Below, in pieces: positions 19,945-29,612 of a DNA stretch of 64,000 nucleotides. Origin of the DNA: Sulfurimonas sp. (GTDB lineage: Bacteria; Campylobacterota; Campylobacteria; Campylobacterales; Sulfurimonadaceae); assembly GCA_021648285.1 (NCBI GenBank), contig JAKITC010000006.1, forward strand, positions 10,057 to 74,056. The letters are read 5' to 3'. The position numbers and the translations under genes were made by a program. The stretch's first letter is position 1, and each line of letters opens with the position of its first letter. A model generated the notes under the pieces. The model saw only the letters and a list, made by a program, of their open reading frames with translations. It had not been told where the DNA came from and ran no database searches.

Positions 19945-20865
19945 CTAGCAGTCAATACAATTTATATTGTTCCTGATAGAGCTGCTAGAATCAACTTGAA
20001 CTATTATATGACTAAAGTGATTTTCTTTGAGCTTATACCTAATACTCTCTGTTATCTCTTCTATATCTTTGAGACTTAACATGTCATTATTCAAAACTAT
20101 ATGAAATGAGATAAAGCTGTGTTTTGAGCTTGGTTTAGAGATATGCAGGTCATGATACTCGACAACTGCTTCATTACTTTTAATAATGGCGTCTAACTCA
20201 TCTTTAGATATATCTACACTGTTCGCATCCATCAAAGATAAAAAGCTTTTTTTAAGTAGTGGGAACGAGTGATTCAATATATAAATTGAAAAAACAATTG
20301 TTAGAACAGAATCAATATAGTATATTTTAAAATAGTATATAAATATTCCTGCTACTACAACGCCCACCGAGATTAAAGCATCGCTTAACATGTGAAGATA
20401 TGCTGATCTTATATTTGCATCTTCATGGTGATGGTAATGCTCGTCTTCATGTGAGTGTTCATGAGTTTCAACTCCAAGCCTATGCAGTATGTAGGCACTA
20501 ATTGAATTTGCAATTACAGCTATAATACCAACTACAATCATATACATCGGTTCTATGATTTCTGGATTGAAAAATCTGTTTATAGCTTCATAAATCATAT
20601 AAAACATAGTTAGAGATAAAAAGAGTGTATTTACAAAAGCTGCCATCATCTCTGATTTTATAAAACCGAATGTATATTTAAATGTGCTCTTTTTAGTTCC
20701 TAACTTCAGCGCAATGTATGTGATAATAATAGCAATAACATCCCCGGTATTATGAAGAGCATCCGCAATTAGTGCAAAAGAGTTTGAGATTAAACCAAAA
20801 AATATTTCAGCAAATATTATAATAATGTTGAATATTATAATGAGTAGTATCATTTTCTCTTTCAT
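19945..20865 (-). CDS. Cation diffusion facilitator (CzcD/ZitB-like)
   Basis: ALIADALHN, His-rich loop, NIRSAYLHMLSD, HDLHI. Confidence 0.92.
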   Translation of the reverse strand: MKEKMILLIIIFNIIIIFAEIFFGLISNSFALIADALHNTGDVIAIIITYIALKLGTKKSTFKYTFGFIKSEMMAAFVNTLFLSLTMFYMIYEAINRFFNPEIIEPMYMIVVGIIAVIANSISAYILHRLGVETHEHSHEDEHYHHHEDANIRSAYLHMLSDALISVGVVVAGIFIYYFKIYYIDSVLTIVFSIYILNHSFPLLKKSFLSLMDANSVDISKDELDAIIKSNEAVVEYHDLHISKPSSKHSFISFHIVLNNDMLSLKDIEEITESIRYKLKENHFSHIIVQVDSSSSIRNNINCIDC

Positions 20866-22100
20866 ACTACAGGATTTTTCTTCATCTCATTATAAATAGC
20901 TTTTCTTGTACGGTGCATAATCTCATGAGTGGTTAAGTCAGCAGGATAGATTGGTTCTAAAAAAGCGATTTTAACTTTTTTTGGTTTTGGGATGACAGTA
21001 CCAGAGTTTAATGCCTCAAAGCCACCATCAATTACTATTGGGACAACCGGGACATTGTACTCTTTACTAAGCATTGCAAAAAATGGTCTAAACTCCAGCA
21101 GTTCTCTATCTCTGGTTCTAGCTCCCTCTGGAAAAACTACAACATTACTTCCCTCTTTTAGCGGCTGTGCTACAAGTTGCATAGAGTTTTTCAGGTTAAT
21201 ATTTGCATCAATCAGGATACTCTGACCATTGCGTGAGATAGGTCCAAGTAACCATGTTCCAAAGACTTGTTTAAATGCTAAAAAGAATGTCCTTTTGAGT
21301 ATTTTATACGGCAGAGAAGCCTCTAATATAAAACCGTCTAACATACTCTGGTGTGAAGGTGCGAATATACATGTCGTTGTAGGGATATTCTCTTTTCCTT
21401 TTATCTCAAGACGAAAATAGAGTTTAAACAGTGGCAAAAGAAGAGTTTTGTACGCATGCATAACAAATGGTGAATAGATTAGCTTGTGATCTGCATTTTT
21501 ATTTAAAATATCCTTCCACTCAACTTTGACTGGTTCAAATTTTTTTTGATGTTCTTTTACATATTCATAAAAATCTTCCAGCTTCATAATGTCTGAGAAT
21601 ATAACTTCATCTACATGTACATCAAAACTCTCTTCTGTAAAAGCAAAGAGTTCAACATAATCAAGTGAATCAAGTCCAAGGTCGAGTTCTAAATGTGAAG
21701 ATATGCAGATGTGTGAGTCTGTGTAGTTTTTAAGATGCCCTTTTATGGCTTCATACAGGTCATCATCAGGCTCATCACTCTCCTCTTTTGTATGAGTCTC
21801 TTTGTTCTTAATCAACCCATCTATGGCGTTTAAATCTATCTCACCTGATAATGTTTTTGGAAGTTCATCTTTTGAGACAACATAACCACGTACTTTTTCA
21901 TCTTCTTTGACATGCATATTGTATAGTTCAACTGCATACCAACGAAGTTCTTCTTCTATATTTATTATTTTTGCAGCTTTGAGTGCTTCAAAATCTGGAT
22001 GCATCACTGCAAAAGGAGCACCATTGTGTATACAAATATAAATCTCTTTAACAAATGTTGAGATGGCTAAAATATTCTCTTCAATTTTGTGTAAATCCAT
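20862..22100 (-). CDS. Acyl-carrier domain + 1-acyl-sn-glycerol-3-phosphate acyltransferase fusion
   Basis: LGLDSL phosphopantetheine site, PSHQSMLD and FPEGAR LPLAT motifs; N-terminus resembles the tail of an AMP-ligase. Confidence 0.8.
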   Translation of the reverse strand: MDLHKIEENILAISTFVKEIYICIHNGAPFAVMHPDFEALKAAKIINIEEELRWYAVELYNMHVKEDEKVRGYVVSKDELPKTLSGEIDLNAIDGLIKNKETHTKEESDEPDDDLYEAIKGHLKNYTDSHICISSHLELDLGLDSLDYVELFAFTEESFDVHVDEVIFSDIMKLEDFYEYVKEHQKKFEPVKVEWKDILNKNADHKLIYSPFVMHAYKTLLLPLFKLYFRLEIKGKENIPTTTCIFAPSHQSMLDGFILEASLPYKILKRTFFLAFKQVFGTWLLGPISRNGQSILIDANINLKNSMQLVAQPLKEGSNVVVFPEGARTRDRELLEFRPFFAMLSKEYNVPVVPIVIDGGFEALNSGTVIPKPKKVKIAFLEPIYPADLTTHEIMHRTRKAIYNEMKKNPVV

Positions 22101-22135
22101 CCTATCCTCTTTATGTCCAGATTTTTATATTTTAA

Positions 22136-23485
22136 TTAAAATTTATAATTTGCAATAACACGATACTGTGTTAGTTTATCATCTTGCGCATTAATAGTCC
22201 CACTAGCCGTTGAAGATGTATTATATTTAACCCAGATACCTTTTAATGCTACAGAGAACTGTCCAATGCCATAGCTGATAACAGCATTGAAATCTTCTTG
22301 CGTTTTTAAGAATCTGTCATTGTCAGTATTTAGATACGATAAAGATGTTTTAAAACCTTTTACTCCTGTAAAATTATACTTTTGTGTATAAGCAATTTTC
22401 AAACCTCTAGAACCACCTATATATAAGCTGTCTGATGTTAATCCTTTTCCATAGTTAGACATAAAAAGGCTGTTTGATGTAATCATATTTGTAAAAAGCG
22501 GTGTTCCATCCCATGGAAGCACTAATGAATCATGTTTGTCACTGCTTCTTTGCACTTTTGAGTATGCAAGAACAAGACCTGACTCTTTATAATCAACTCC
22601 AAATTTAAGACCAAAAGCATTTACATCTATCTCTTTGCCCCCTGTAACTGAACCTGCAGTGCTTAGATAATCATCAGCATTACCGATACTTGTTTGATTT
22701 ATATATTGAGCGTTAACACTATATTTAAAATCATCATCCAGTTTGTTTTTAAATCCTGCATCTACATAAACAGAGTTCATAAAATCATCTACATAATAAT
22801 TATAGAGTTTTATTTTTGTTTTATTTGCGTTATACACAGCATTCATCACTATTACTTCCCCTTTGTCGTCACCAGTTATTAGTTTAGTACTTGTACCTAA
22901 TGCATGCTCTATAATATTACTAAATTTGTCTGATGTACGTTGCTTGAAGTGAGTAAGGTACGATGCACCAAGTTTTAACTCATCACTCATTTTATAATCA
23001 AAGAAGAGACCTTGAACCGCAGAAGTAAGCATACGAACTTCTTTAGCATGAATCAAAGGTGTTTTAATTACTTTACGACCATATGTAGCTGTGAAATCTT
23101 GATAAGTGTACTTTATAAAAGCTTCTCCTAAAACAGAAAAAGAGTCTTGAGCGATATTCCCACCAGCACTGCCTTCTTCTCTTACCCCGTTATCTCTACC
23201 TAAAATAGAAGTATCTACCGTATTTGGAAGAGCAAACCCATTTGTAGTCATAAATGTTAAGCCTGTTTGAAATCCGTTTAAATCCCCAGTTGTATAACTC
23301 AGCATGCCCCCAACTGAATTCGCGTGTGCTGATGTATGAGAACCATCAATCTTGTCTTTTTGTGTTTCAATGTAATAATATTTAATATTACCATTTACAC
23401 TACCCTCTTTAAACCATGACTCTAGTGAATCTGCTGCATGAGCAGATACAACCGCTAAAAGTGCACTTATAATAATTTTTTTCAT
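22136..23485 (-). CDS. Outer-membrane porin (OprD/Campylobacterota MOMP-like)
   Basis: Signal peptide, GEAFIKY..GRKVIKTPL, C-terminal YRVIANYKF. Confidence 0.85.
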   Translation of the reverse strand: MKKIIISALLAVVSAHAADSLESWFKEGSVNGNIKYYYIETQKDKIDGSHTSAHANSVGGMLSYTTGDLNGFQTGLTFMTTNGFALPNTVDTSILGRDNGVREEGSAGGNIAQDSFSVLGEAFIKYTYQDFTATYGRKVIKTPLIHAKEVRMLTSAVQGLFFDYKMSDELKLGASYLTHFKQRTSDKFSNIIEHALGTSTKLITGDDKGEVIVMNAVYNANKTKIKLYNYYVDDFMNSVYVDAGFKNKLDDDFKYSVNAQYINQTSIGNADDYLSTAGSVTGGKEIDVNAFGLKFGVDYKESGLVLAYSKVQRSSDKHDSLVLPWDGTPLFTNMITSNSLFMSNYGKGLTSDSLYIGGSRGLKIAYTQKYNFTGVKGFKTSLSYLNTDNDRFLKTQEDFNAVISYGIGQFSVALKGIWVKYNTSSTASGTINAQDDKLTQYRVIANYKF

Positions 23486-23674
23486 TTAACCATCCTTTTT
23501 TTTAGAATTATAACAAAAAATTATGCTAAACAATCTCATAATTTCTTGAATATTTAAAATATTTAATGATATAAGTTCTTAAGTACCAAAATATCCATTA
23601 TATTAATAGTCTATTTCAAGCCTATATTAAGAGCCAAAAAGCTAAAATATCGCAATGAAAAATCAAGGACTATT

Positions 23675-24226
23675 TTGCTAAATCTTCCAAACGCCCTGGC
23701 ATCACTACGCATACTTTTAGCTCCAATAATGTTTTGGATAATTTTAAATCCTGAGTACTTTACAGATGCAGGTTACGACATAACATGGAACTACTACTTT
23801 GCTTCACTTCTATTTGTCTTAGCAAGTATTACAGACTTCTTTGATGGTTTTATAGCTAGAGAGTGGAACCAGATGACTATGCTTGGGGCAATAATCGACC
23901 CGCTCGCAGATAAAATGCTGACTATTGCTGCATTTTTAGGACTTATGATGATTGGTGAAGCAAGTGCATGGGCAATTTATATCATTATTATTCGTGAGCT
24001 ATTTATTACGGGTATTCGTATAGTAGCGGTCAGTGAAGGGCTTGATGTAAAAGCTTCATGGGCAGGAAAAGTAAAAACAGTGGCACAGATGTTTGCAATA
24101 GGATTTTTACTTATGCACTGGTCATATGGAGAGGAGCTTTTATGGTTTGGGGTAGCTCTTACAGTTTACTCAGGTCTTGAATACCTTTACGGGTTTAGAA
24201 AAGCAATTTTAAAAGGTAACAATTAA
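23675..24226 (+). CDS. pgsA: CDP-diacylglycerol--glycerol-3-phosphate 3-phosphatidyltransferase
   Basis: NLPN..R, TDFFDGFIAR...GAIIDPLADK, GKVKT. Confidence 0.95.
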   Translation: MLNLPNALASLRILLAPIMFWIILNPEYFTDAGYDITWNYYFASLLFVLASITDFFDGFIAREWNQMTMLGAIIDPLADKMLTIAAFLGLMMIGEASAWAIYIIIIRELFITGIRIVAVSEGLDVKASWAGKVKTVAQMFAIGFLLMHWSYGEELLWFGVALTVYSGLEYLYGFRKAILKGNN

Positions 24227-25278
24227 TGAGTTTTTTAGTCTCTCTTTTAGTCCTCTCGGCACTTATATTTTTTCATGAGTTAGGTCACTACTATGCAGCT
24301 CGTTTAATGGGTGTAAATGTTCAAGTTTTCAGTATAGGTTTTGGTAGAAAGGTTGCTTCATTTTACAGATGGGGAACTGAGTGGAAAATAGCAATTATTC
24401 CACTTGGCGGATATGTAAAGATGAAGGGTCAGGATGATGCTGATCCAACTAAAAAAAGTTACGATGATGACAGCTATAATGTAAAGACTCCGATACAAAA
24501 GATATTTATCCTTCTTGCAGGTCCGCTTGCTAATTTTGTTTTAGCATTTGCATTATACTTCATAATCGCTCTTGGCGGTCCAAGTATTTTATCTCCAGTT
24601 ATTGGACAAGTCGTTAAAGACTCACCTGCATTTGTTGCAGGACTAGAGACAAATGACACTATCCGCTCTATAAATGCTACTCCAATTACAACTTGGAAAG
24701 AGATGGCAAAGATCATTGAAACATCAGATGGTTCGCTTAATTTAGAAGTTGAGAGAGCTGGATTTATACAACACATAATATTAAGTCCTAAAATCAGTGA
24801 CAGTACAAATATGTTCAATGAAGTCATTCAAAAAAAGATGATAGGAATCGGCAGTGCCGGAGTTTCTCATAAATTAGACCTAGGTGTTTCAGAGACTCTG
24901 TCTTATGCCACTGAACAAACTGTTTTTGCTTCGACTTTGATATTTAGTGGACTTAAAAAACTAATAGTTGGAGAAGTTCCTGCAAAAGAACTGGGTGGCA
25001 TTATAAGTATTGTAAAACTTACATCCGATGCGACTGATGCCGGATGGATGAGTGTTTTATTTTTTGCAGCGCTTATCTCTGTTAACTTAGGTGTTTTAAA
25101 TCTACTACCTATTCCCGCTCTTGATGGTGGTCATATCATGTTTAACCTTTATGAGTTAATCTTTAGAAGAGAGGCGAGCGAAGCAATAATAATCAAACTT
25201 ACGATTGCAGGTTGGGTAATACTATTTGGACTTATGGGCTTAGGAATTTTCAACGATATTAATAGATTAATGGGGTAA
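24226..25278 (+). CDS. rseP: RIP metalloprotease
   Basis: HELGH, PLGGYVKM, AGP, PDZ domain, NLLPIPALDGG. Confidence 0.95.
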   Translation: MSFLVSLLVLSALIFFHELGHYYAARLMGVNVQVFSIGFGRKVASFYRWGTEWKIAIIPLGGYVKMKGQDDADPTKKSYDDDSYNVKTPIQKIFILLAGPLANFVLAFALYFIIALGGPSILSPVIGQVVKDSPAFVAGLETNDTIRSINATPITTWKEMAKIIETSDGSLNLEVERAGFIQHIILSPKISDSTNMFNEVIQKKMIGIGSAGVSHKLDLGVSETLSYATEQTVFASTLIFSGLKKLIVGEVPAKELGGIISIVKLTSDATDAGWMSVLFFAALISVNLGVLNLLPIPALDGGHIMFNLYELIFRREASEAIIIKLTIAGWVILFGLMGLGIFNDINRLMG

Positions 25279-25280
25279 AG

Positions 25281-25955
25281 ATGACACAAACAGAATATAA
25301 AATATACATTGACGATGTTATTAGAAGAGTTGAGTTTTCAAGAGTTAGAGTCAGCGGATATCATATAGTTAAGATTGTTGCAATCAGTAAATACTCAATA
25401 TCTGAGGATATTGAGAAGCTTTATAATATAGGTCAAAGAGCCTTTGGAGAAAATAAGGTTCAGGACTTAAAAGTCAAGGCTACTGAACTTAAAGATTTAC
25501 CGCTAGAGTGGCACTTTGTAGGAAATCTGCAAAAAAATAAAATAAACAACCTGCTAGATATCAATCCTACTCTGTTTCATGCTCTTGACTCTGTAGAACT
25601 AGCCCTAGAGTTGCAAAAGAAGCTGGAGGCTAGAGATATGACTCTTGATACCTTGCTTCAGATTAATTCTGCAAAAGAGGAATCTAAACATGGTGTAATG
25701 CCGGAAGTAGCTCGTGAGATTTACAAACAGATTCAGGACGAATGTCCAAACATAAACCTGAGAGGCGTTATGAGTATCGGTGCTCACAGCGATGACAGAG
25801 CGGTTATTAAAAAGAGTTTTGAGACTACTTATGATATTTATAAAGAGCTTGATGGTGCAACAATTTGTTCTATGGGAATGAGTGGAGACTTTGAATTAGC
25901 GATTGAGTGTGGTTCTAACATGGTTAGACTCGGCTCAGTTATGTTTAATAAATAA
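25281..25955 (+). CDS. yggS: YggS family PLP homeostasis protein
   Basis: VAISK, FGENKVQ, WHFVGNLQKNK, SMGMSGDF, VRLGS. Confidence 0.93.
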   Translation: MTQTEYKIYIDDVIRRVEFSRVRVSGYHIVKIVAISKYSISEDIEKLYNIGQRAFGENKVQDLKVKATELKDLPLEWHFVGNLQKNKINNLLDINPTLFHALDSVELALELQKKLEARDMTLDTLLQINSAKEESKHGVMPEVAREIYKQIQDECPNINLRGVMSIGAHSDDRAVIKKSFETTYDIYKELDGATICSMGMSGDFELAIECGSNMVRLGSVMFNK

Positions 25956-25984
25956 TATGATTAACACTAAGCAACATACTAAAC

Positions 25985-26008
25985 ACTCTAAAGTTGACTC
26001 TTTAGAGT
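25985..26008. terminator. Hairpin, possible terminator after yggS
   Basis: ACTCTAAAG-N6-CTTTAGAGT. Confidence 0.4.
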
Positions 26009-26057
26009 TACGTTTGTTTAATAAGTAATTTGTGTTATTGATTTAAAAGGCATAAAG

Positions 26058-26144
26058 ATGTTCGAACATAATAACAAACTCGACGAACTCGCACAAAAGA
26101 GTTCTTTAAATGAAAAACTCAGCACTATACATACAAGACAATGA
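26058..26144 (+). pseudogene. N-terminal stump of a probable HD-GYP phosphohydrolase gene
   Basis: RBS AAAAGG then MFEHNNKLDELAQKSSLNEKLSTIH, resembling GAF-like/HD-GYP N-termini; pairs with the stump at 29613. Confidence 0.5.
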
Positions 26145-26181
26145 AAAAAAGTGTATGAAATAAGAAAAGCTCATCATCATT

Positions 26182-27003
26182 CTACACGCTTAAAAGCCAC
26201 TTTTTGGCTGTTACTGCAATCAATTTTAAAGCATCTGAACTGCCATTAGCCTCACCTTTTTCAAAATCTCCTTCAATATTTCCCATCTGATTAGTAACAT
26301 GAGCAAAACAAATTACTGTTTTTTTGCGAGCTTTGGCAAAAGCGTATAGTGCCGAAGCTTCCATCTCAACTGCTAAAATACCATATGATTTTGCTTGTTC
26401 TATAGCAACAGCCGTCTCTCGAAAAGGAGCATCCGTTGTCCAAGTGGCTCCTTGATAAACTGGTACATGCAAATCAGTAAAAGTATCTTCATATATTTTC
26501 AATAATTTTTTGTCAATAAAAGAAAAATCTGAAGGTGGTAAATAATGGTAGCTAGTGCCTTCATCCCTTAAGGCCTGTTCGATAAGTATAAAAAATGGCG
26601 GTTTTTGCTTTGGTAAAATCATTCCAGAAGACGTTACACTAATCAATAATTGACAACCGGAAACAAACATCTCTTCAGCAATTAACACCGCAAATGATGC
26701 ACCAACTCCGCAACCAACAATCCCAAATTCAATACCATCAAATTCAAAACTATATAACTGCGTATGATAACATGCCCAATAAGGATTAATTTTAGCAATA
26801 TTGTTAGCAACTAAATTTTGAACAATATCTCCATCAGGATCAAGAATGCAAATAGACGGTATTTGCCCATCTTGAATATTCTTTTGTCGTCTTGCTTCTC
26901 GCATCATGTTTTCAGGTACAAATAATGATTCATGATCATATCTTTTAGCACGCCAAATTGGAGACATTGGCATATTTTCTATCTGATCTTTTTTTATTTT
27001 CAT
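26182..27003 (-). CDS. Nucleoside phosphorylase family protein (PNP/UDP_1)
   Basis: GVGASFA, ALRDEGTSYHY, WTTDAPFRET, AVEMEASA; start uncertain (27003 or ~26973). Confidence 0.85.
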   Translation of the reverse strand: MKIKKDQIENMPMSPIWRAKRYDHESLFVPENMMREARRQKNIQDGQIPSICILDPDGDIVQNLVANNIAKINPYWACYHTQLYSFEFDGIEFGIVGCGVGASFAVLIAEEMFVSGCQLLISVTSSGMILPKQKPPFFILIEQALRDEGTSYHYLPPSDFSFIDKKLLKIYEDTFTDLHVPVYQGATWTTDAPFRETAVAIEQAKSYGILAVEMEASALYAFAKARKKTVICFAHVTNQMGNIEGDFEKGEANGSSDALKLIAVTAKKWLLSV

Positions 27004-27010
27004 TTTTTTC

Positions 27011-27385
27011 CTATTTAAAGAATAATTCTCTATTTGTTTCAAAATTTTCCACAAGAAGAGCAAAACACTCTGCAAGATCTTTAACTATTTCTAGATTTGG
27101 CTCAATATAGATTTTATTTCCTTTTTTTTCCATAGTAATAATATTAGCCTCTCTCAGTTCTTTGAGATGTTTTGATATTGTAGGAAGCGAGAAACTGAAG
27201 TGTTCTGCAATGGTGCTGACGCACGTAGTGTGTGCACCCACTACTATATCAGGCTGTTTTTTGTCTATTGAACAAGTATAGCCGTTGGTAAAAACATTTT
27301 TAAAAATTAAAAAACGTGTTTCATTTCCAAGAGCCTTAAAGATTTTGATTTTTTGTTTCATATCTAACATTTTAGTCCTTGACAT
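27011..27385 (-). CDS. ArsR/SmtB family repressor
   Basis: FKALGNETR...CVSTIA...SLPTISKHLKEL...KKGNKIY. Confidence 0.92.
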   Translation of the reverse strand: MSRTKMLDMKQKIKIFKALGNETRFLIFKNVFTNGYTCSIDKKQPDIVVGAHTTCVSTIAEHFSFSLPTISKHLKELREANIITMEKKGNKIYIEPNLEIVKDLAECFALLVENFETNRELFFK

Positions 27386-27416
27386 TTTAATTTTAATATT
27401 ATACCATACTATTATC

Positions 27417-27450
27417 TATTTAGCTAAATGCATAATTTCGTATTTAGCTA
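27417..27450. promoter_or_regulatory. Putative ArsR operator in divergent promoter
   Basis: TAGCTAAAT (27421-29) N12 ATTTAGCTA (27442-50) inverted repeat; TATTTAGCTA also directly repeated at 27417 and 27441. Confidence 0.55.
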
Positions 27451-27469
27451 TTGTCTTAAAGGAATTCAA

Positions 27470-27952
27470 ATGAACACAAAACTTACAAACATATTACTGA
27501 TAGCTGCGCTATGTATATCTACATCACTATTTGCAAAAAAAGATGAAGCATTTTTTAAAGTCTTAAAAGAGGCTCAAAAAGCAGCAGGACAGATTGAACC
27601 TCAAAAACTTATGCAGATGATTGATGACGATGATGATGTAATTATTCTTGACATTAGAGAAGCCTCTCAGCGTGATGAGGGTTTAATCTATGTAGAAGAA
27701 GATACACCATTAACAATCTTTCAAATAACTCGTGGTAATTTAGAATGGTATATAAGTGATAAAGTAACAGATAGAGATTCTTTTATAGTTACATACTGTC
27801 GTAGTGGTGGTCGTGGAGCTATGGCTGCACAAAGACTTAGAGAGTTAGGTTATAAAAATGCTACAAACCTAAAAGGTGGGCTAAAAGGCTGGGCAAAGGC
27901 TGGTTATCCAGTTAAAACAGGTTTTGGAATCACTAAAATTATACAGGAGTAA
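27470..27952 (+). CDS. Exported rhodanese-like sulfurtransferase
   Basis: RBS AAGGA before ATG 27470; signal peptide; YCRSGGRG; paralog of 8682..9152. Confidence 0.9.
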   Translation: MNTKLTNILLIAALCISTSLFAKKDEAFFKVLKEAQKAAGQIEPQKLMQMIDDDDDVIILDIREASQRDEGLIYVEEDTPLTIFQITRGNLEWYISDKVTDRDSFIVTYCRSGGRGAMAAQRLRELGYKNATNLKGGLKGWAKAGYPVKTGFGITKIIQE

Positions 27953-27955
27953 GAG

Positions 27956-28309
27956 ATGACTACTATCATACTAAACCATCAACCTTATGATGGAACTGAT
28001 ATTACTTGGAATGCTTTGCGTTTAGCCAAAACACTTCATAAAAACAATGAAGATGTAAATATATTTTTAATGAATGACGCTGTTGATTTAGCGAGAAATA
28101 AAACTACTAAACCTGAGAGCTATGACTATGACTTAGTAGATATGCTTAAAAAAATGTACGCAGATGGAGTTAAACTTCAAGTTTGCGGTACATGTAATGC
28201 ACGATGTGGTATTTTCAAAAATGAGCCATATTTTGATGATAAAATATCTTCAACCATGTCACAATTAGCCGAGTGGGTCACTAAAAGCAATCAAGTTATA
28301 GCTTTTTAA
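27956..28309 (+). CDS. DsrE/YchN-like sulfur relay protein
   Basis: PYD..WNALRLA, FLMNDAV, CGTCNARCG. Confidence 0.88.
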   Translation: MTTIILNHQPYDGTDITWNALRLAKTLHKNNEDVNIFLMNDAVDLARNKTTKPESYDYDLVDMLKKMYADGVKLQVCGTCNARCGIFKNEPYFDDKISSTMSQLAEWVTKSNQVIAF

Positions 28310-28336
28310 ATTATATTTACAAAAAAAGGAATTATT

Positions 28337-28927
28337 GTGGACAATTTTTATGATTTATTAAAATTTTTGCATATTATAAGCTTCGTGTTTATGTCCGTGC
28401 CATTATTTAACTTGATTGTGGTTAACGAGCGGGCTTTACTTGGCGTGCCGTTTAATTACTATGCTGACAGATATATGGAAAATATTATCAAGAATGGAGC
28501 TTACAGGTGTTATGTCTTTCAGATAACAGTATTAGTTTCAGGAGTTTTACTGTTGGTGTTTGGTCCACTGGGGATTGAAGCGCTTTGGACAAATTGGATT
28601 ATTTTTACAAAGATGATTTTATTGTTCATTATAATTGGAACTCTTTCCTATGTTCATTTCATATTACAGCCAAAAATCGAATCATTTCTTGTAGATATTA
28701 CTGCAGATTCTAAAATACCTGATAATCTTGTAGCTCAGTTAAAACCTTATAGAGTTATGCGAAAATGGCTGGCGACGTTTTGTCTTTTTTTAGTCATTGT
28801 AACTATTATTTTAGGAATGCAAGTTTACAATCTTTTTAGCCCTCTTCTTACTATAGTTTTAATTGGACTGGCAGGATTATTTACTTTAAAGGTTAATAAA
28901 TCTCTTATTAAATTTGGATGGGTTTAA
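28337..28927 (+). CDS. Uncharacterised integral membrane protein (~5 TM)
   Basis: Hydrophobic segments, LKFLH N-terminal His, GTG start with RBS AAGGA. Confidence 0.75.
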   Translation: MDNFYDLLKFLHIISFVFMSVPLFNLIVVNERALLGVPFNYYADRYMENIIKNGAYRCYVFQITVLVSGVLLLVFGPLGIEALWTNWIIFTKMILLFIIIGTLSYVHFILQPKIESFLVDITADSKIPDNLVAQLKPYRVMRKWLATFCLFLVIVTIILGMQVYNLFSPLLTIVLIGLAGLFTLKVNKSLIKFGWV

Positions 28928-28974
28928 TGAAATTGCTTGCAGTTTTTTTGAACGACCTCCACGAAAGATAAGAT

Positions 28975-29550
28975 ATGAAAGGTCGAGACAGCGGAATGCC
29001 TGAGGAGGATTACTGGGGCAGTTTCTTTAACGCCGAATGTGTGATAAATAAGATGTTTGGAGAAAAGAGCTCTGAAGGCGGTGTTATTGAATTTGGAAGC
29101 GGATATGGAACGTTCACAATTCCAGTAGCCAAACATTCAACAAGCACTATTTTGGCCTTGGACATTGAGCCTGATTTAGTAGAGCTACTTCGACAAAAAG
29201 CAGAAGAACAGTCTATTAAAAACATTCATGCCGAAGTTCGTGATTTTGTGGCCGATGGTACAGGACTTGAGTCAGGAACCCAAGCCCATGCAATGATTTT
29301 CAATCTACTGCATCTGGAGCATCCAATAAAACTGTTAAAGGAAGCTCACAGGGTCTTGCGTAAAGGAGGTAGGCTATCTGTTATTCATTGGAGAAGTGAT
29401 ATTTCAGTACCTCGTGGCCCCTCATTGGAAATTCGCCCAACTCCGCAACAATGCAAAGAGTTGATTGAAAAGGCAGGATTTCACACTGTTGAGGATGTAG
29501 ATTTACTTGAATGTTGCAAATTCCATTTTGGAATTGTTGCACTTCGATGA
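28975..29550 (+). CDS. Class I SAM-dependent methyltransferase
   Basis: IEFGSGYG, ALDIE, AHRVLRKGG; C-terminal ECCK. Confidence 0.88.
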   Translation: MKGRDSGMPEEDYWGSFFNAECVINKMFGEKSSEGGVIEFGSGYGTFTIPVAKHSTSTILALDIEPDLVELLRQKAEEQSIKNIHAEVRDFVADGTGLESGTQAHAMIFNLLHLEHPIKLLKEAHRVLRKGGRLSVIHWRSDISVPRGPSLEIRPTPQQCKELIEKAGFHTVEDVDLLECCKFHFGIVALR

Positions 29551-29612
29551 AAATATATAGTAATTATATTTGAATGAGAATAGTTTATTATGGCTCTTAA
29601 TATCGGAGTTAA

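Noticed and set aside
27470-29550. Selenocysteine read-through in the sulfur-relay cluster
   Set aside because: Active-site positions are ordinary Cys codons; the only TGA stop (29548) follows an apparently complete methyltransferase
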